Source: Thermodesulfobacteriota bacterium
GTDB taxonomy: Bacteria > Desulfobacterota > Binatia > Bin18
DNA length: 64,000 nt
Direction: 5' to 3'
Assembly: GCA_964291405.2 (NCBI GenBank)
Contig: OZ219926.1
Span: 1,280,001 to 1,344,000 of the forward strand
Program-made: the position numbers and the translations under genes
In this document: positions 29,469 through 39,219 of the stretch, one piece after another
Layout: each line of letters begins with the position of its first letter
Numbering within the stretch: the stretch's first letter is position 1
The notes under the pieces: model-generated
What the model was told of the DNA's origin: nothing
Seen by the model: the letters and a program-made list of their open reading frames with translations, nothing else
The model's database searches: none

Positions 29469-30677
29469 ATGGCAAAGCCGCTGGATGGAATTCGTGTCCT
29501 TGACTGGACCATATGGCAGCAGGGACCGGTCGCGACCATGATGCTCGGCGACCTCGGGGCTGAGGTCATCAAGCTTGAAGAACGCGTGGGGGGCGACCCT
29601 GGGCGTGGCGTGATGCAAATTGCCGGAGCCAAAACCGGCGCGCGCAACTATTATTTTGAAGCCAACAACCGCCATAAAAAGAGCCTCACGCTCGATCTCA
29701 AGAAGCCCGAGGCAAAAGAAATCGTCTATAAGCTAGTCGAAAAGTCAGACGTCTTTGTCCAGAACTATCGGAAGGGCGTGGCGGCCAAGCTCGGCCTTGA
29801 TTATGCCACCCTCTCGAAATACAACCCCAAGCTGATCTATGCCAGCGCAACCGGCTATGGTCCGAACGGACCGGACGCCGGAGAACCTTCCTTCGACTAT
29901 ATGGGCCTGGCCCGGTCCGGGGTCATGACCGCGGCGGGCGAGCCGGACATGGATCCCATGAATATTACCGGGGGTATCGCCGACCAAATGGGCGCCATCA
30001 TGCTGGCCCACGGAATTACCGTGGCCCTGTTGGCCCGCGAACGCTTGGGCGTCGGTCAGGAGGTCGATACCTCGCATCTGGGCAGTATGATGGCCCTCCA
30101 GGGGCTCAATCTGGCCTGTCGCCTGACCCTGGGGAAGGAGTTCAAGCGTTTTTATCGCACCAAAGCGATAAATCCGCTCTGGAATCACTATAAGTGCCAG
30201 GACGATAAATGGATATGTCTGGCCATGCCGCAAGCCGACCGCTACTGGCCGGATTTCTGTAAGACGCTCGGCATTCCGGAGCTGGAGAAGGACCCACGTT
30301 TTGAGAACATGAAAGTACGCGGTCGCAACGCCGAGGAAATTATCGCTATTGTCGATAAAATTTTCGCTTCAAAGCCACGCGCGGAATGGATGCAAATTCT
30401 GAGAGCCGGTGGTGACTTCATTTATACGCTGGTGAATAACATCACCGACCTGCCCGACGATCCGCAAATGCAGGCCAACGACTATGTCGTGGATTATGAT
30501 CACCCCACCTGGGGTGAAACGCAGATCGTCGGCTCACCCCTGATCCTGAGTGAGACGCCGGCCGACCCGAAAGCCCCGGCCCCGGAGTTTGGCGAGCATA
30601 CTGAACAGGTACTAGTCGATATGCTGGGCTATTCCTGGGAGGACGTGGGGAAATTACGAGAGGCTGAGGTGCTGTAA
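29469..30677 (+). CDS. family III CoA-transferase (CaiB/BaiF)
   Basis: PLDGIRVLD, LGDLGAEVIKLE, NRHKKS and APEFGEHT. Confidence 0.93.
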   Translation: MAKPLDGIRVLDWTIWQQGPVATMMLGDLGAEVIKLEERVGGDPGRGVMQIAGAKTGARNYYFEANNRHKKSLTLDLKKPEAKEIVYKLVEKSDVFVQNYRKGVAAKLGLDYATLSKYNPKLIYASATGYGPNGPDAGEPSFDYMGLARSGVMTAAGEPDMDPMNITGGIADQMGAIMLAHGITVALLARERLGVGQEVDTSHLGSMMALQGLNLACRLTLGKEFKRFYRTKAINPLWNHYKCQDDKWICLAMPQADRYWPDFCKTLGIPELEKDPRFENMKVRGRNAEEIIAIVDKIFASKPRAEWMQILRAGGDFIYTLVNNITDLPDDPQMQANDYVVDYDHPTWGETQIVGSPLILSETPADPKAPAPEFGEHTEQVLVDMLGYSWEDVGKLREAEVL

Positions 30678-30685
30678 GGATTATG

Positions 30686-30712
30686 CGGGGGCAGCCTTTG
30701 TGGCTGCCCTTG
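30686..30712. terminator. hairpin between convergent genes
   Basis: gggcagcc-tttgt-ggctgccc inverted repeat. Confidence 0.55.
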
Positions 30713-30745
30713 TCGCTACAAAGAGTGAACGTGTCCAGCTTCTAT

Positions 30746-31717
30746 CTATTTGAATTGAAGGACACGTTTATCCTTCGACCACACAACTCGATGCCGCAGC
30801 TCTTCCCCTGCTACATAACGCCGGAGATTGTCCAGCCACAGTTCGCCGACCCGCGGCAGATACAACGGCGAGGTTGAGGCCGTATGCGGGGTGATAAACA
30901 CATTCGGCATATCCCATAAGTCATCGTCCGCAGGCCACGGTTCGGTAGGTAAGACGTCGAGGCAGGCGTGACGCAGCCTTCCCGCTCGCAATGCCTCTTT
31001 GAGCGCCGCCATATCGACGATGACCCCCCGCGCGATATTGATCAGGGTGGCAGAGGATTTCATAAGGGCCAGTTCGTCTACGCCGATGAGCCCGTGCGTC
31101 TGGGGGGTAGCCGGAGTGGCCAGAATGACAAAATCGGCCTCGGAAAGAAATTGGTGCAGGTCGGCCAGCGTGCCTTGCTGCTCCACCCCGACCACCGGCT
31201 GAGCTGATTGACGAATGCCGAGGATCCGCATCCCGAAGCCGGTGAGCATGGCAACAATGCGACTGCCAATGGCACCGAGACCAATGACCAGAGCGGTTTT
31301 GTCGCTCAGGCTCTCAAGCCTGGCCTCCTGCCAGCGGTGCTGGCGTTGACGGGCGGACAATTCACCAAACCGTTTTGCCGACCACAGCACAAAGCCCACG
31401 GCGAATTCAGCCACCTCAGGCGCATTTGTACCGGGACTGTGAGAAACGAGCGCCCCCTTAGTCCGCATGGCATCATAAAAACGGCCGTCCGTGCCAGCGT
31501 CTTCGGTATGCGCCCAACGTGGCTGAGGGAGCTGTATCATGGCGTCGATGAATGCTTTGCGATACGCGTCGCCGGCTAACACGATGAGGTCGCAGTCATC
31601 CGGCGAGGCGGACCAGGAGCCGTCCGGCTCAATCAAGGCCCAGCCCAGCTCTGGCACGATAGCCTGGGCAGCTTCCCCAAAACGGACAAAAAATTCTCGG
31701 CCGGCCGCAACTTTCAT
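30746..31717 (-). CDS. D-2-hydroxyacid dehydrogenase family
   Basis: GLGAIG, LINIARG, LDV...EP and ITPHTA. Confidence 0.9.
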   Translation of the reverse strand: MKVAAGREFFVRFGEAAQAIVPELGWALIEPDGSWSASPDDCDLIVLAGDAYRKAFIDAMIQLPQPRWAHTEDAGTDGRFYDAMRTKGALVSHSPGTNAPEVAEFAVGFVLWSAKRFGELSARQRQHRWQEARLESLSDKTALVIGLGAIGSRIVAMLTGFGMRILGIRQSAQPVVGVEQQGTLADLHQFLSEADFVILATPATPQTHGLIGVDELALMKSSATLINIARGVIVDMAALKEALRAGRLRHACLDVLPTEPWPADDDLWDMPNVFITPHTASTSPLYLPRVGELWLDNLRRYVAGEELRHRVVWSKDKRVLQFK

Positions 31718-31860
31718 CAAGACCTCCCTCTCCAGCGGTCTTACCACGAAAGAGAAGCGTATGCCTATAGAGACAGGAAAAATCAGCGGGAAAAGCGTAC
31801 CCTACGTTGACTGGACAGCCCAGTCCAAATATGCGACACGGCAGCACGGAGGAGCACTGC

Positions 31861-32883
31861 ATGAAATTCGGCATTATCCATGACTTTCGCAATCCCGCCC
31901 AATGGCACCGCCCATATCCGGAACTGTATCACGCCCTGCTCGATCAGATTGTTCGGGCCGAAGAGCTGGGCTATGACAACGTCTGGCTGGCGGAACATCA
32001 CTTCACCGAAGACGGCTATAACCCGTCCACCCTGCCGACCGCCGCGGCCATTGCCGCGCGAACGAGCCGCATTCGGATTGGGACCTATATTCTGCTGATG
32101 CCGTTTCAGCATCCGGTCCGAGTGGCGGAAGACGCGACGTGCATCGATATCTGGTCCAACGGCCGCTTTGATCTGGGTGCCGGTCAGGGCTATGCCGCGG
32201 GCGAGTTTCACGCTTTGCATATCCCCCGCAAAGAACGCTCGGCGCGCCTGGCGGAAGGGGTCGAATTGGTCCGCCGCTTATGGACCGAAGAAAACGTGAC
32301 GTTTGCGGGCCGTTTCACGCAGGTTAGCGGCCTGACGCTCTCTCCGAGGCCAGTCCAGCAACCGCATATTCCGCTGTGGATTGGCGCGCGGGCCGACAAG
32401 GCAATTCGGCGCGTGGCTCAAATGGGCTGTCATCTCATGGCAACGATAGGGCCGGACCCCGCCCCCCTCTATATCCAGACCCTAAGAGAAAACGGCCATG
32501 ATCCGGCCGAGTTCAACATCGGACAAATCCGGATGGTCTACGTCGCTGAGAATGAAGAGCAGGCCTGGGAAGACGTCCAGGAGCATCTGCACTATTCCAT
32601 GCAGTACTACGGCGTTATCCTAGCCGAGGCCAACGACGCGCCGGGCGACGCAGACGGCTGGCAGTTTACCCACGCCAGCCAACTCCGTGACTCAGGCTTT
32701 GGCCGGGCCGCCATGATCGGTACTCCAGACCAGGTCGCCCGCAAGATGGAGAAGTTCTACCAGCGTTTTCACTGCACCCATTTTGTGATGGGGACGCAAC
32801 TCCCAGGGCTCGACTCGCAAAAGGTCACACGCTCGTTAGAGCTGTTTGCCCAGGAAGTCCTGCCGTCGTTTCGAGAGAGGTAG
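31861..32883 (+). CDS. LLM class flavin-dependent oxidoreductase
   Basis: AEELGYDNVWLAEHHF, HPVRVAED and SNGRFDLGAG. Confidence 0.92.
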   Translation: MKFGIIHDFRNPAQWHRPYPELYHALLDQIVRAEELGYDNVWLAEHHFTEDGYNPSTLPTAAAIAARTSRIRIGTYILLMPFQHPVRVAEDATCIDIWSNGRFDLGAGQGYAAGEFHALHIPRKERSARLAEGVELVRRLWTEENVTFAGRFTQVSGLTLSPRPVQQPHIPLWIGARADKAIRRVAQMGCHLMATIGPDPAPLYIQTLRENGHDPAEFNIGQIRMVYVAENEEQAWEDVQEHLHYSMQYYGVILAEANDAPGDADGWQFTHASQLRDSGFGRAAMIGTPDQVARKMEKFYQRFHCTHFVMGTQLPGLDSQKVTRSLELFAQEVLPSFRER

Positions 32884-32943
32884 CACATACGCCCGTTCCA
32901 ATCCTCTCGCTTTTCAGTACAATAAAATGTAAGAATCTTCGCT

Positions 32944-33207
32944 ATGCTTCAAAGACTTCCTCAATTACTCAAAGAATTAACGCCTCAAGAACAGGCGCAG
33001 GTCGAAACCTTTGCGGCCTTCATTCTCGCTCGCCGAAAACTCCAGCAGCCTCAACTCCTCACGAACGATCCTTCAGTCCAAGAACTCACCGAGCTTGTTG
33101 CTTCAGCAGGAAGCTTTGGGTGGCTCGAAGAGGAAGAGGATATTTATTCTCCTGATGATGGTGAGGCAGTGCAGTGGCCCAGTCCCCCGTCAAACGAGGA
33201 AGCGTAG
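32944..33207 (+). CDS. putative antitoxin (DUF2281-like)
   Basis: Small ORF with an acidic tail (EEEEDIY) overlapping a downstream PemK toxin. Confidence 0.65.
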   Translation: MLQRLPQLLKELTPQEQAQVETFAAFILARRKLQQPQLLTNDPSVQELTELVASAGSFGWLEEEEDIYSPDDGEAVQWPSPPSNEEA

Positions 33208-33536
33208 TTCTGATACGCTATCCGTTTACGAACCTGACCGGAGCAAAGGTTCGACCCGCACTCGTTCTGACACCTGATTCTCTGCTTCCTCGTCTTGATG
33301 ATGTCCTCTGCCTCTTTATCTCATCCTCAATCCCTGAAGGCCTTCTCCCAACCGACCTTATCCTGAACGCGGAGCATCCTTCTTTTCCCAAAACAGGGCT
33401 GAAACGTCGCTCTGTGTTGAGAGCACACAAATTAGCCTTGCTTCAAAAGTCCCTTGTGCTGCGCCAACTAGGAGAAATTGAGCAGCCGCTACTTGAGGAA
33501 GTCAATCAGCGGTTACGGTTGGCTCTGGGGTTATAG
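33174..33536 (+). CDS. PemK/MazF family toxin
   Basis: RGSVVLIRYPFTN...KVRPALV...TGLK..S.LR..KL. Confidence 0.88.
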   Translation: MAQSPVKRGSVVLIRYPFTNLTGAKVRPALVLTPDSLLPRLDDVLCLFISSSIPEGLLPTDLILNAEHPSFPKTGLKRRSVLRAHKLALLQKSLVLRQLGEIEQPLLEEVNQRLRLALGL

Positions 33537-33611
33537 TTCTATCGCGGACTGAGGCAACTCACGAAGTCCGCAGCATCACAGCAACCACCCACCCTCAGAT
33601 TGCAACGTACT

Positions 33612-34178
33612 TTATTGCTGCCAGGCCAACTCCTGCTCGATATACGCTAGGGCTTGCTGAGGCGCGGAGACCGCAGTGTAGAGACCACGAAATTTCTGGT
33701 TGATGAGCGCCTCGGCAAAGCCACGCTCGAATTGCTGCAATAAGCCGTCGAAATAGCCGTTGGTGTTCACCAGAACGATCGGCTTGGCGTGAAAGCCGAG
33801 CTGTTTCAAGGAGATGACCTCAAGGACCTCCTCAAATGTCCCGAACCCGCCCGGAAGGGCGATAAAGGCGTCTCCACGTTCATCCAGTCCTTGCTTCCGG
33901 CTACGCATATCATCGGCGGTATGCATTTCATGCCCGGCCTGTGCGTAGCCGTCTTCGAGAAAGCGCGTCAGGATAACACCGACTACCTTGCCGCCGGCGG
34001 CAAGCGTGGCGCGAGACAAGGCTCCCATCAAGCCGGTATTGCCACCGCCGTAGATTAAGGTGTAGTCGCGCTGCGCCAGCAGTTGGCCCAGTTCGGCCGC
34101 CACATCCAGATACACCTGCGGGCAGCGTTTGCTTGAAGCGCAGTAGACGGTGATGGCGCGTGGAGGGGAAGAGGGCAT
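33612..34178 (-). CDS. LOG family nucleotide 5'-monophosphate nucleosidase
   Basis: YGGG..GLMG and ALPGGFGTFEE. Confidence 0.92.
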   Translation of the reverse strand: MPSSPPRAITVYCASSKRCPQVYLDVAAELGQLLAQRDYTLIYGGGNTGLMGALSRATLAAGGKVVGVILTRFLEDGYAQAGHEMHTADDMRSRKQGLDERGDAFIALPGGFGTFEEVLEVISLKQLGFHAKPIVLVNTNGYFDGLLQQFERGFAEALINQKFRGLYTAVSAPQQALAYIEQELAWQQ

Positions 34179-34210
34179 AGCTGTGTAATGAACTTGTTAT
34201 GTAGTACACT

Positions 34211-34254
34211 CGGGGAGGAGGTCTGATCCCCCAGGGAGTCAGTACTCCTCCCCG
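34211..34254. terminator. strong intergenic hairpin
   Basis: cggggaggag ... ctcctccccg 10-bp inverted repeat with an inner ctga/tcag stem. Confidence 0.5.
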
Positions 34255-34262
34255 CTTCTCCC

Positions 34263-34559
34263 TTACGAGAGATTGTTCACCACACCGTCCATACCACTCC
34301 ACTCAACAATAGGCGTGAGGCGGCGTTTGGTAATCAGGCCCTGGGCAACGAGGGTCGAAAAGGTGGTGAAGGTCTTGGCATGATCTTGGATATCCAGAAC
34401 CAGCACCATCTTTGCCTCTTCGTTCGAGGCCCAGGGTCCGGCCTTCAGCGTGACCCCCTCAGGAAAGCCGGTTTCCCCGCTTAAAACCCCCTTGAATATA
34501 TTATGGACCTCTTTAGTCCGGGACGGTTCCCAATAGATTTCGTCGAGATAGAGCGGCAT
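34263..34559 (-). CDS. small hypothetical protein (DUF3303-like)
   Basis: aggaggg RBS; PEGVTL..GPW...LTPIV pattern. Confidence 0.6.
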   Translation of the reverse strand: MPLYLDEIYWEPSRTKEVHNIFKGVLSGETGFPEGVTLKAGPWASNEEAKMVLVLDIQDHAKTFTTFSTLVAQGLITKRRLTPIVEWSGMDGVVNNLS

Positions 34560-34722
34560 ACGATTTCCCTCCTTCTGGGATAGATTTGCTCGGGGCATAG
34601 CAAAAAAACCGCGCCCAGCCTAGCCCTTGACCACGCCAGGCAGCGCTCATGCCTTTGGCAATCCGGGTGCGGTGTGCTAGCGTCTGCGCACGGATTGTTG
34701 ACGACACGGGAAGGAGGCACCA

Positions 34723-35910
34723 ATGGCACTACCGCTGCAAGGGATTCGCGTTCTGGATATCGCCAGCATGTTGGCCGGTCCGTACGGCGCGACCATGTTG
34801 GGCGATATGGGTGCGGACGTGATTAAAATCGAGCCTCCCTATGGGGATGAGTCCCGTGCCATTGGTCCCAGGGTCGAGAATGACAGCGGCCTGTACGTCG
34901 GGATTAACCGCAACAAACGCGGCCTGGTGCTGGACCTGACCCAGCCGGAAGGTAAAGCCCTGTATTTCCGACTGGTCCGAACGGCCGACATTATTGTCGA
35001 CAACCTCCGCCCCCAAGCTAAAGCCAAGCTGGGGGTGACGTACGAAGAGACGCGCCAGTATAACGAGAAAATCATTTGCATCTCGGTCAGCGCCTTTGGC
35101 CAGGACGGACCGTATGGTGGACGACCGGGCATCGACCCCCTCGCTCAGGCGCTGACCGGCTTTATGAGCGTTACCGGAGAGCGGGACGGAAAACCCCTGA
35201 AGGCCGGGCCGGCTATCGCCGACGCCACCTGTGCCAATCTGGTTGCCTTTGCCGCCATGGTCGGCCTGTGGACGCGTGAGCAGCAGGGCGTCGGTCAGCA
35301 GATTGAGCTGTGCCTGATGGACGGACTGATCCACGTCCAGCCGTCCCAAGTCGGCCAATTCTTTCTCAGTCAGTACATCCAGCCGCGCGTCGGGAACGCC
35401 AGCCCGTTTTATGCGCCCTATGGAACCTTCAGGTGTAAAGACGGTCGGGATATTCAGATCGCCTCGTTTAATAACAAGTTCTTCCACAATATCTGCCGCG
35501 CGATAGAACGCGAGGACCTGATAGCGGACCCGCGTTTTGAGACCGGAGAACTCCGCTTGCAACACGAAGCAGCACTCAATGAGACGCTCCAGGCCGAGTT
35601 TGCCAAACGAGATGTAGACGACATGATGCGCCGCTTGAGCGAGGCGGACGTGATGGCCGCGCCGGTCAACACCTTTCACGAAACCTTTGCCGACCCGCAA
35701 GTCCAGCATAACAATATGGCGGTCGAGGTCGATCATGCACGGGTCGGGAAACTCAAGGTTGGCGGCATTCCGGCCAAGCTCAAGAAAACGCCGGGCGCCG
35801 TGCGCCTCGCCCCTCCTACTCTAGGTCAGCATACCTGGGAGATTTTGCAGGAGATAGGCTTGAGCGGCGATGAGGTGGAGCAACTGAAACACAAAGGTGT
35901 GATCAAGTAG
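34723..35910 (+). CDS. family III CoA-transferase (CaiB/BaiF)
   Basis: PLQGIRVLD, LAGPY, GADVIKIEPP, NRNKR and PPTLGQHT. Confidence 0.93.
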   Translation: MALPLQGIRVLDIASMLAGPYGATMLGDMGADVIKIEPPYGDESRAIGPRVENDSGLYVGINRNKRGLVLDLTQPEGKALYFRLVRTADIIVDNLRPQAKAKLGVTYEETRQYNEKIICISVSAFGQDGPYGGRPGIDPLAQALTGFMSVTGERDGKPLKAGPAIADATCANLVAFAAMVGLWTREQQGVGQQIELCLMDGLIHVQPSQVGQFFLSQYIQPRVGNASPFYAPYGTFRCKDGRDIQIASFNNKFFHNICRAIEREDLIADPRFETGELRLQHEAALNETLQAEFAKRDVDDMMRRLSEADVMAAPVNTFHETFADPQVQHNNMAVEVDHARVGKLKVGGIPAKLKKTPGAVRLAPPTLGQHTWEILQEIGLSGDEVEQLKHKGVIK

Positions 35911-35928
35911 ATGCAGAAGGGAGGGGGC

Positions 35929-37548
35929 ATGCCCCGAGGAGCCGATGGCATAGTTCAAGCCCTGAAAGAGTCGGACGTCTCGACCATTTTTGGTATCCCC
36001 AGCATTCATAATATCGGCCTGTACGAATCCTTACGCCACGAGCCCTCGATTCGACATATTGGGTGTCGGCACGAGGCTGGCGCAACCCATATGGCGGACG
36101 GCTATGCTCGGGCAAGCGGGGGGCTGGGGGTTATTGTCTCGTCGACTGGCCCAGGCGCGGGCTTTACGGTTTCGGCCCTGCAAGAAGCCTGGGGCAGTTG
36201 CTCGCCGGTCCTGATGATTACGACCAATATCGACGCCGCCAAGATTGGCCAAGGCTTGGGTGTCCTGCACGAACTGGAAGGGCAGACTGCGCTCTTTCGG
36301 ACCATTACCAAAGAGGTGATTGTTGCCCAGGCGGACGACGACCTGTACGCGCTTGCCAGACGCGCCATCTCTGTGGCTCAAGCCGGCCGACCCGGTCCGG
36401 TGTGTTTGGAAGTCCCCACCGACCTGATGGCCGGAGACGTGCCTGCGGCGGCCCCAACACCGCAGGGCAGTACCCCAACCTCCCCGCCGCTGCCCCCCCG
36501 GCTCGACGAGGCCGTCGCCATTTTGCGCAACGCAAAACAGCCTCTCATTCTGGCTGGGACGGACGCGTCCCGGGCAAATATTGCTGGAGACATCCAAGCC
36601 CTGGCCGAAGCCTTATGCGCACCCGTTGTCACCAACACGCCGGGTAAAGGTGTGGTCCCGGAAGACCATGCCCTGGCCTTTGGCAATGCGGCGCGCCGAC
36701 TGGTTGTCAAAGAGATTGTGCCCGGCTGTGATGCGGCAGTGGTGATTGGTTCTCGGCTACGTGAGGTCGATGCCAAACGCCGAGGTCTGGTCCTGCCCGA
36801 ACAGTTGATCCATGTCGATTGGGACGAGCGCTGGATCAGCAAGAATTATCCAGCCGCGGTGCCACTGGTCGGAGATATTACAGCCATTACCCGAGCGCTG
36901 CGAGATCAACTTGAAGGAGAACCCTACACTGGGCCGCGCCAGGAGCGGACCGCAGCGTGGCGACGGGAGGCGGAGGCGGAGATCGAGCGTCTCAGCCAGG
37001 AGCGGGCGGAACTTCAGTCACTCCAGGCAATCCGGGCCGTGCTGCCACGGGACAGTGCCCTTGTGATTGATAACACCCAACTTGGCTATTGGGCCGAATA
37101 TTTTTATCCGTCCTACCAGGCCAACGGGATCATCGGGGCCAAAGGTTCCGGTCTGCTCGGCTTCAGCTTTCCGGCCGCCATTGGCGTCAAGCTGGCGCGA
37201 CCGGATACCCCGGTTGTCGGCCTGATCGGCGACGGGGGCTTTCTCTACACGGCTCAGGAACTAGCCACGTGCGTGCGCCACGATGTTGGCTTTCCGCTTG
37301 TTGTCGTCAACGATAACGCCTTTGGGGTGATCGACTATTTGCAGCGGACCGCATACCAGGAGGCATATCAGGCTCAACTGACAAATCCAGACTTCCTGGC
37401 CTTCGCCGCCGCATTTGGCGTCCCCGCAACGCGTGTTCAGTCCCCGGCAGAGCTCCAATCGGTCCTGGACCGGACGCTCGCCTCTGGGGAGATGTATCTC
37501 ATTGAGTATCAAATGACCATTCAGGAACCCCCGTTTGGGAAATATTAG
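35929..37548 (+). CDS. thiamine diphosphate-dependent enzyme (acetolactate synthase-like superfamily)
   Basis: FGIPSIHN, RHEAGA..MADGYAR, TGPG and GDGG...VNDN ThDP motif. Confidence 0.9.
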   Translation: MPRGADGIVQALKESDVSTIFGIPSIHNIGLYESLRHEPSIRHIGCRHEAGATHMADGYARASGGLGVIVSSTGPGAGFTVSALQEAWGSCSPVLMITTNIDAAKIGQGLGVLHELEGQTALFRTITKEVIVAQADDDLYALARRAISVAQAGRPGPVCLEVPTDLMAGDVPAAAPTPQGSTPTSPPLPPRLDEAVAILRNAKQPLILAGTDASRANIAGDIQALAEALCAPVVTNTPGKGVVPEDHALAFGNAARRLVVKEIVPGCDAAVVIGSRLREVDAKRRGLVLPEQLIHVDWDERWISKNYPAAVPLVGDITAITRALRDQLEGEPYTGPRQERTAAWRREAEAEIERLSQERAELQSLQAIRAVLPRDSALVIDNTQLGYWAEYFYPSYQANGIIGAKGSGLLGFSFPAAIGVKLARPDTPVVGLIGDGGFLYTAQELATCVRHDVGFPLVVVNDNAFGVIDYLQRTAYQEAYQAQLTNPDFLAFAAAFGVPATRVQSPAELQSVLDRTLASGEMYLIEYQMTIQEPPFGKY

Positions 37549-37562
37549 CGCAGGGAGGCAGC

Positions 37563-39179
37563 ATGACACAGCGTCGAACCACTATTTGGGGCTGGGGCTT
37601 TGAAGACGAACAGCCCACCCCGGAACAGAAAAAAAATATTGCCAAAGGCATTGTCGAGAGCGTCGGAGCCAGCGACTTTACCCTTGACCCGGAGCCACGC
37701 GTCGAAGACATTCAGCTCCGCAAGCCGCGCCTCTCACCGCCCGCGTCTCTCGCCGGCATTTGCTCAATCGAGACTTACGACCGAGCGGCCCACTCCTACG
37801 GCAAAGCCCTGCCCGATATTGTGCGGGCCTTCCATCTGGACTTTCCGAACCCGCCTGATGTGGTGGCCTTTCCCAAGACCGAGGACGATGTGGTGTCCGT
37901 CTTAGACTGGTGCAACGAAGTGGGGGCTGCCGCTATTCCGTTTGGCGGAGGATCGAGCGTAACCAGCGGCGTCGAGCCTCCGACGGGGGATGTCTACCCT
38001 GGGAGCGTTTCCATTGATCTGCGCTACCTCGATAAAGTACTGGAAATTGATGAAGCCTCGCGCGCGGCCCGCATTCAGGCCGGCGTGTACGGCCCTGCCC
38101 TGGAGGCCCAGTTAAAACCGCACGGCTATACCCTGCGGCATTATCCGCAGTCGTTCGAGTTCTCGACTCTGGGCGGCTGGATCGCCACCCGCTCGGGTGG
38201 GCATTTTGCCACGCTGTACACCCATATTGACGATCTGGTCGAATCCACCCGAGTCGTCACCCCGAGCGGTACTGTCGCCTCGCGCCGCCTGCCGGGGTCG
38301 GGCGCCGGCCCAAGCCCGGATCGCATGTTTATCGGCTCGGAGGGGATTCTGGGTATTATCACCGAAGCCTGGATGCGCTTGCAGCACCGCCCCGTGTATC
38401 GGGCGTCAACCGCGGTGCACTTTGAAAAATTCGAGAATGGGGTTGAGGCAATTCGGTTGCTCAGTCAGTCGGGCCTGTATCCCACCAACTGTCGCATTCT
38501 CGATCCGACCGAGGTCAAACGGAACAATGTCGGCAATGGGACGGGCGGCAGCCTGCTCATGCTCGGCTTTGAATCCGCGGACCATCCGCTCGAACCCTGG
38601 ATCAACCGCGCGCTTGAGTGCTGCACCGACCTGGGCGGCACGACGCCCAACGGGGTGGTGATTAAAGGCGGTGGAGAGACTACTGGTCGCGGTGGCTCGG
38701 TTGGCGACTGGCGCAACGCCTTTATCCGCATGCCCTACGCCTTTTCGACCATGGCTGCCATGGGTGCGATATTCGACACTACCGAGAGCTCTATTCCGTG
38801 GAATCAGTTTCACGCATTCCACGCCGGCGTGATGCGGGATGTCCAAAAAGCGTTGGATGAGGTGTGCGGTGGCGGCGTGCTGTCGTGCCGCTTTACCCAC
38901 GTCTATCCCGACGGTCCCGCGCCGTATTTCACCTTTACCGGACTCGGCAAAAAGGGCAGCGAGTTGGAGCAGTGGCACGAGATCAAAACCGCGGCTTCCG
39001 AGGCGGTGGTGCGCTACGGTGGCACGGTGACACATCACCACTCCGTCGGTCGGACCCATCGGCCGCAGTACGAGAAGCAACGCCCGGAGCTGTTCGCCAG
39101 CGCCCTTCAGGCTGCGAAAGCCGCCCTTGACCCGCAGGGCTTGTTAAACCCGGGGGTGTTAATCGATCCGATTCACTGA
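37563..39179 (+). CDS. FAD-linked oxidase, alkyl-DHAP synthase-like
   Basis: PFGGGSSV, HYPQSFEFSTLGGWIATRSGG, GSEGILG, HHHSVG and LNPG. Confidence 0.88.
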   Translation: MTQRRTTIWGWGFEDEQPTPEQKKNIAKGIVESVGASDFTLDPEPRVEDIQLRKPRLSPPASLAGICSIETYDRAAHSYGKALPDIVRAFHLDFPNPPDVVAFPKTEDDVVSVLDWCNEVGAAAIPFGGGSSVTSGVEPPTGDVYPGSVSIDLRYLDKVLEIDEASRAARIQAGVYGPALEAQLKPHGYTLRHYPQSFEFSTLGGWIATRSGGHFATLYTHIDDLVESTRVVTPSGTVASRRLPGSGAGPSPDRMFIGSEGILGIITEAWMRLQHRPVYRASTAVHFEKFENGVEAIRLLSQSGLYPTNCRILDPTEVKRNNVGNGTGGSLLMLGFESADHPLEPWINRALECCTDLGGTTPNGVVIKGGGETTGRGGSVGDWRNAFIRMPYAFSTMAAMGAIFDTTESSIPWNQFHAFHAGVMRDVQKALDEVCGGGVLSCRFTHVYPDGPAPYFTFTGLGKKGSELEQWHEIKTAASEAVVRYGGTVTHHHSVGRTHRPQYEKQRPELFASALQAAKAALDPQGLLNPGVLIDPIH

Positions 39180-39219
39180 TGCCAACGGAGCAGCGCACGA
39201 GGAGGAGAAGTAGATAACC

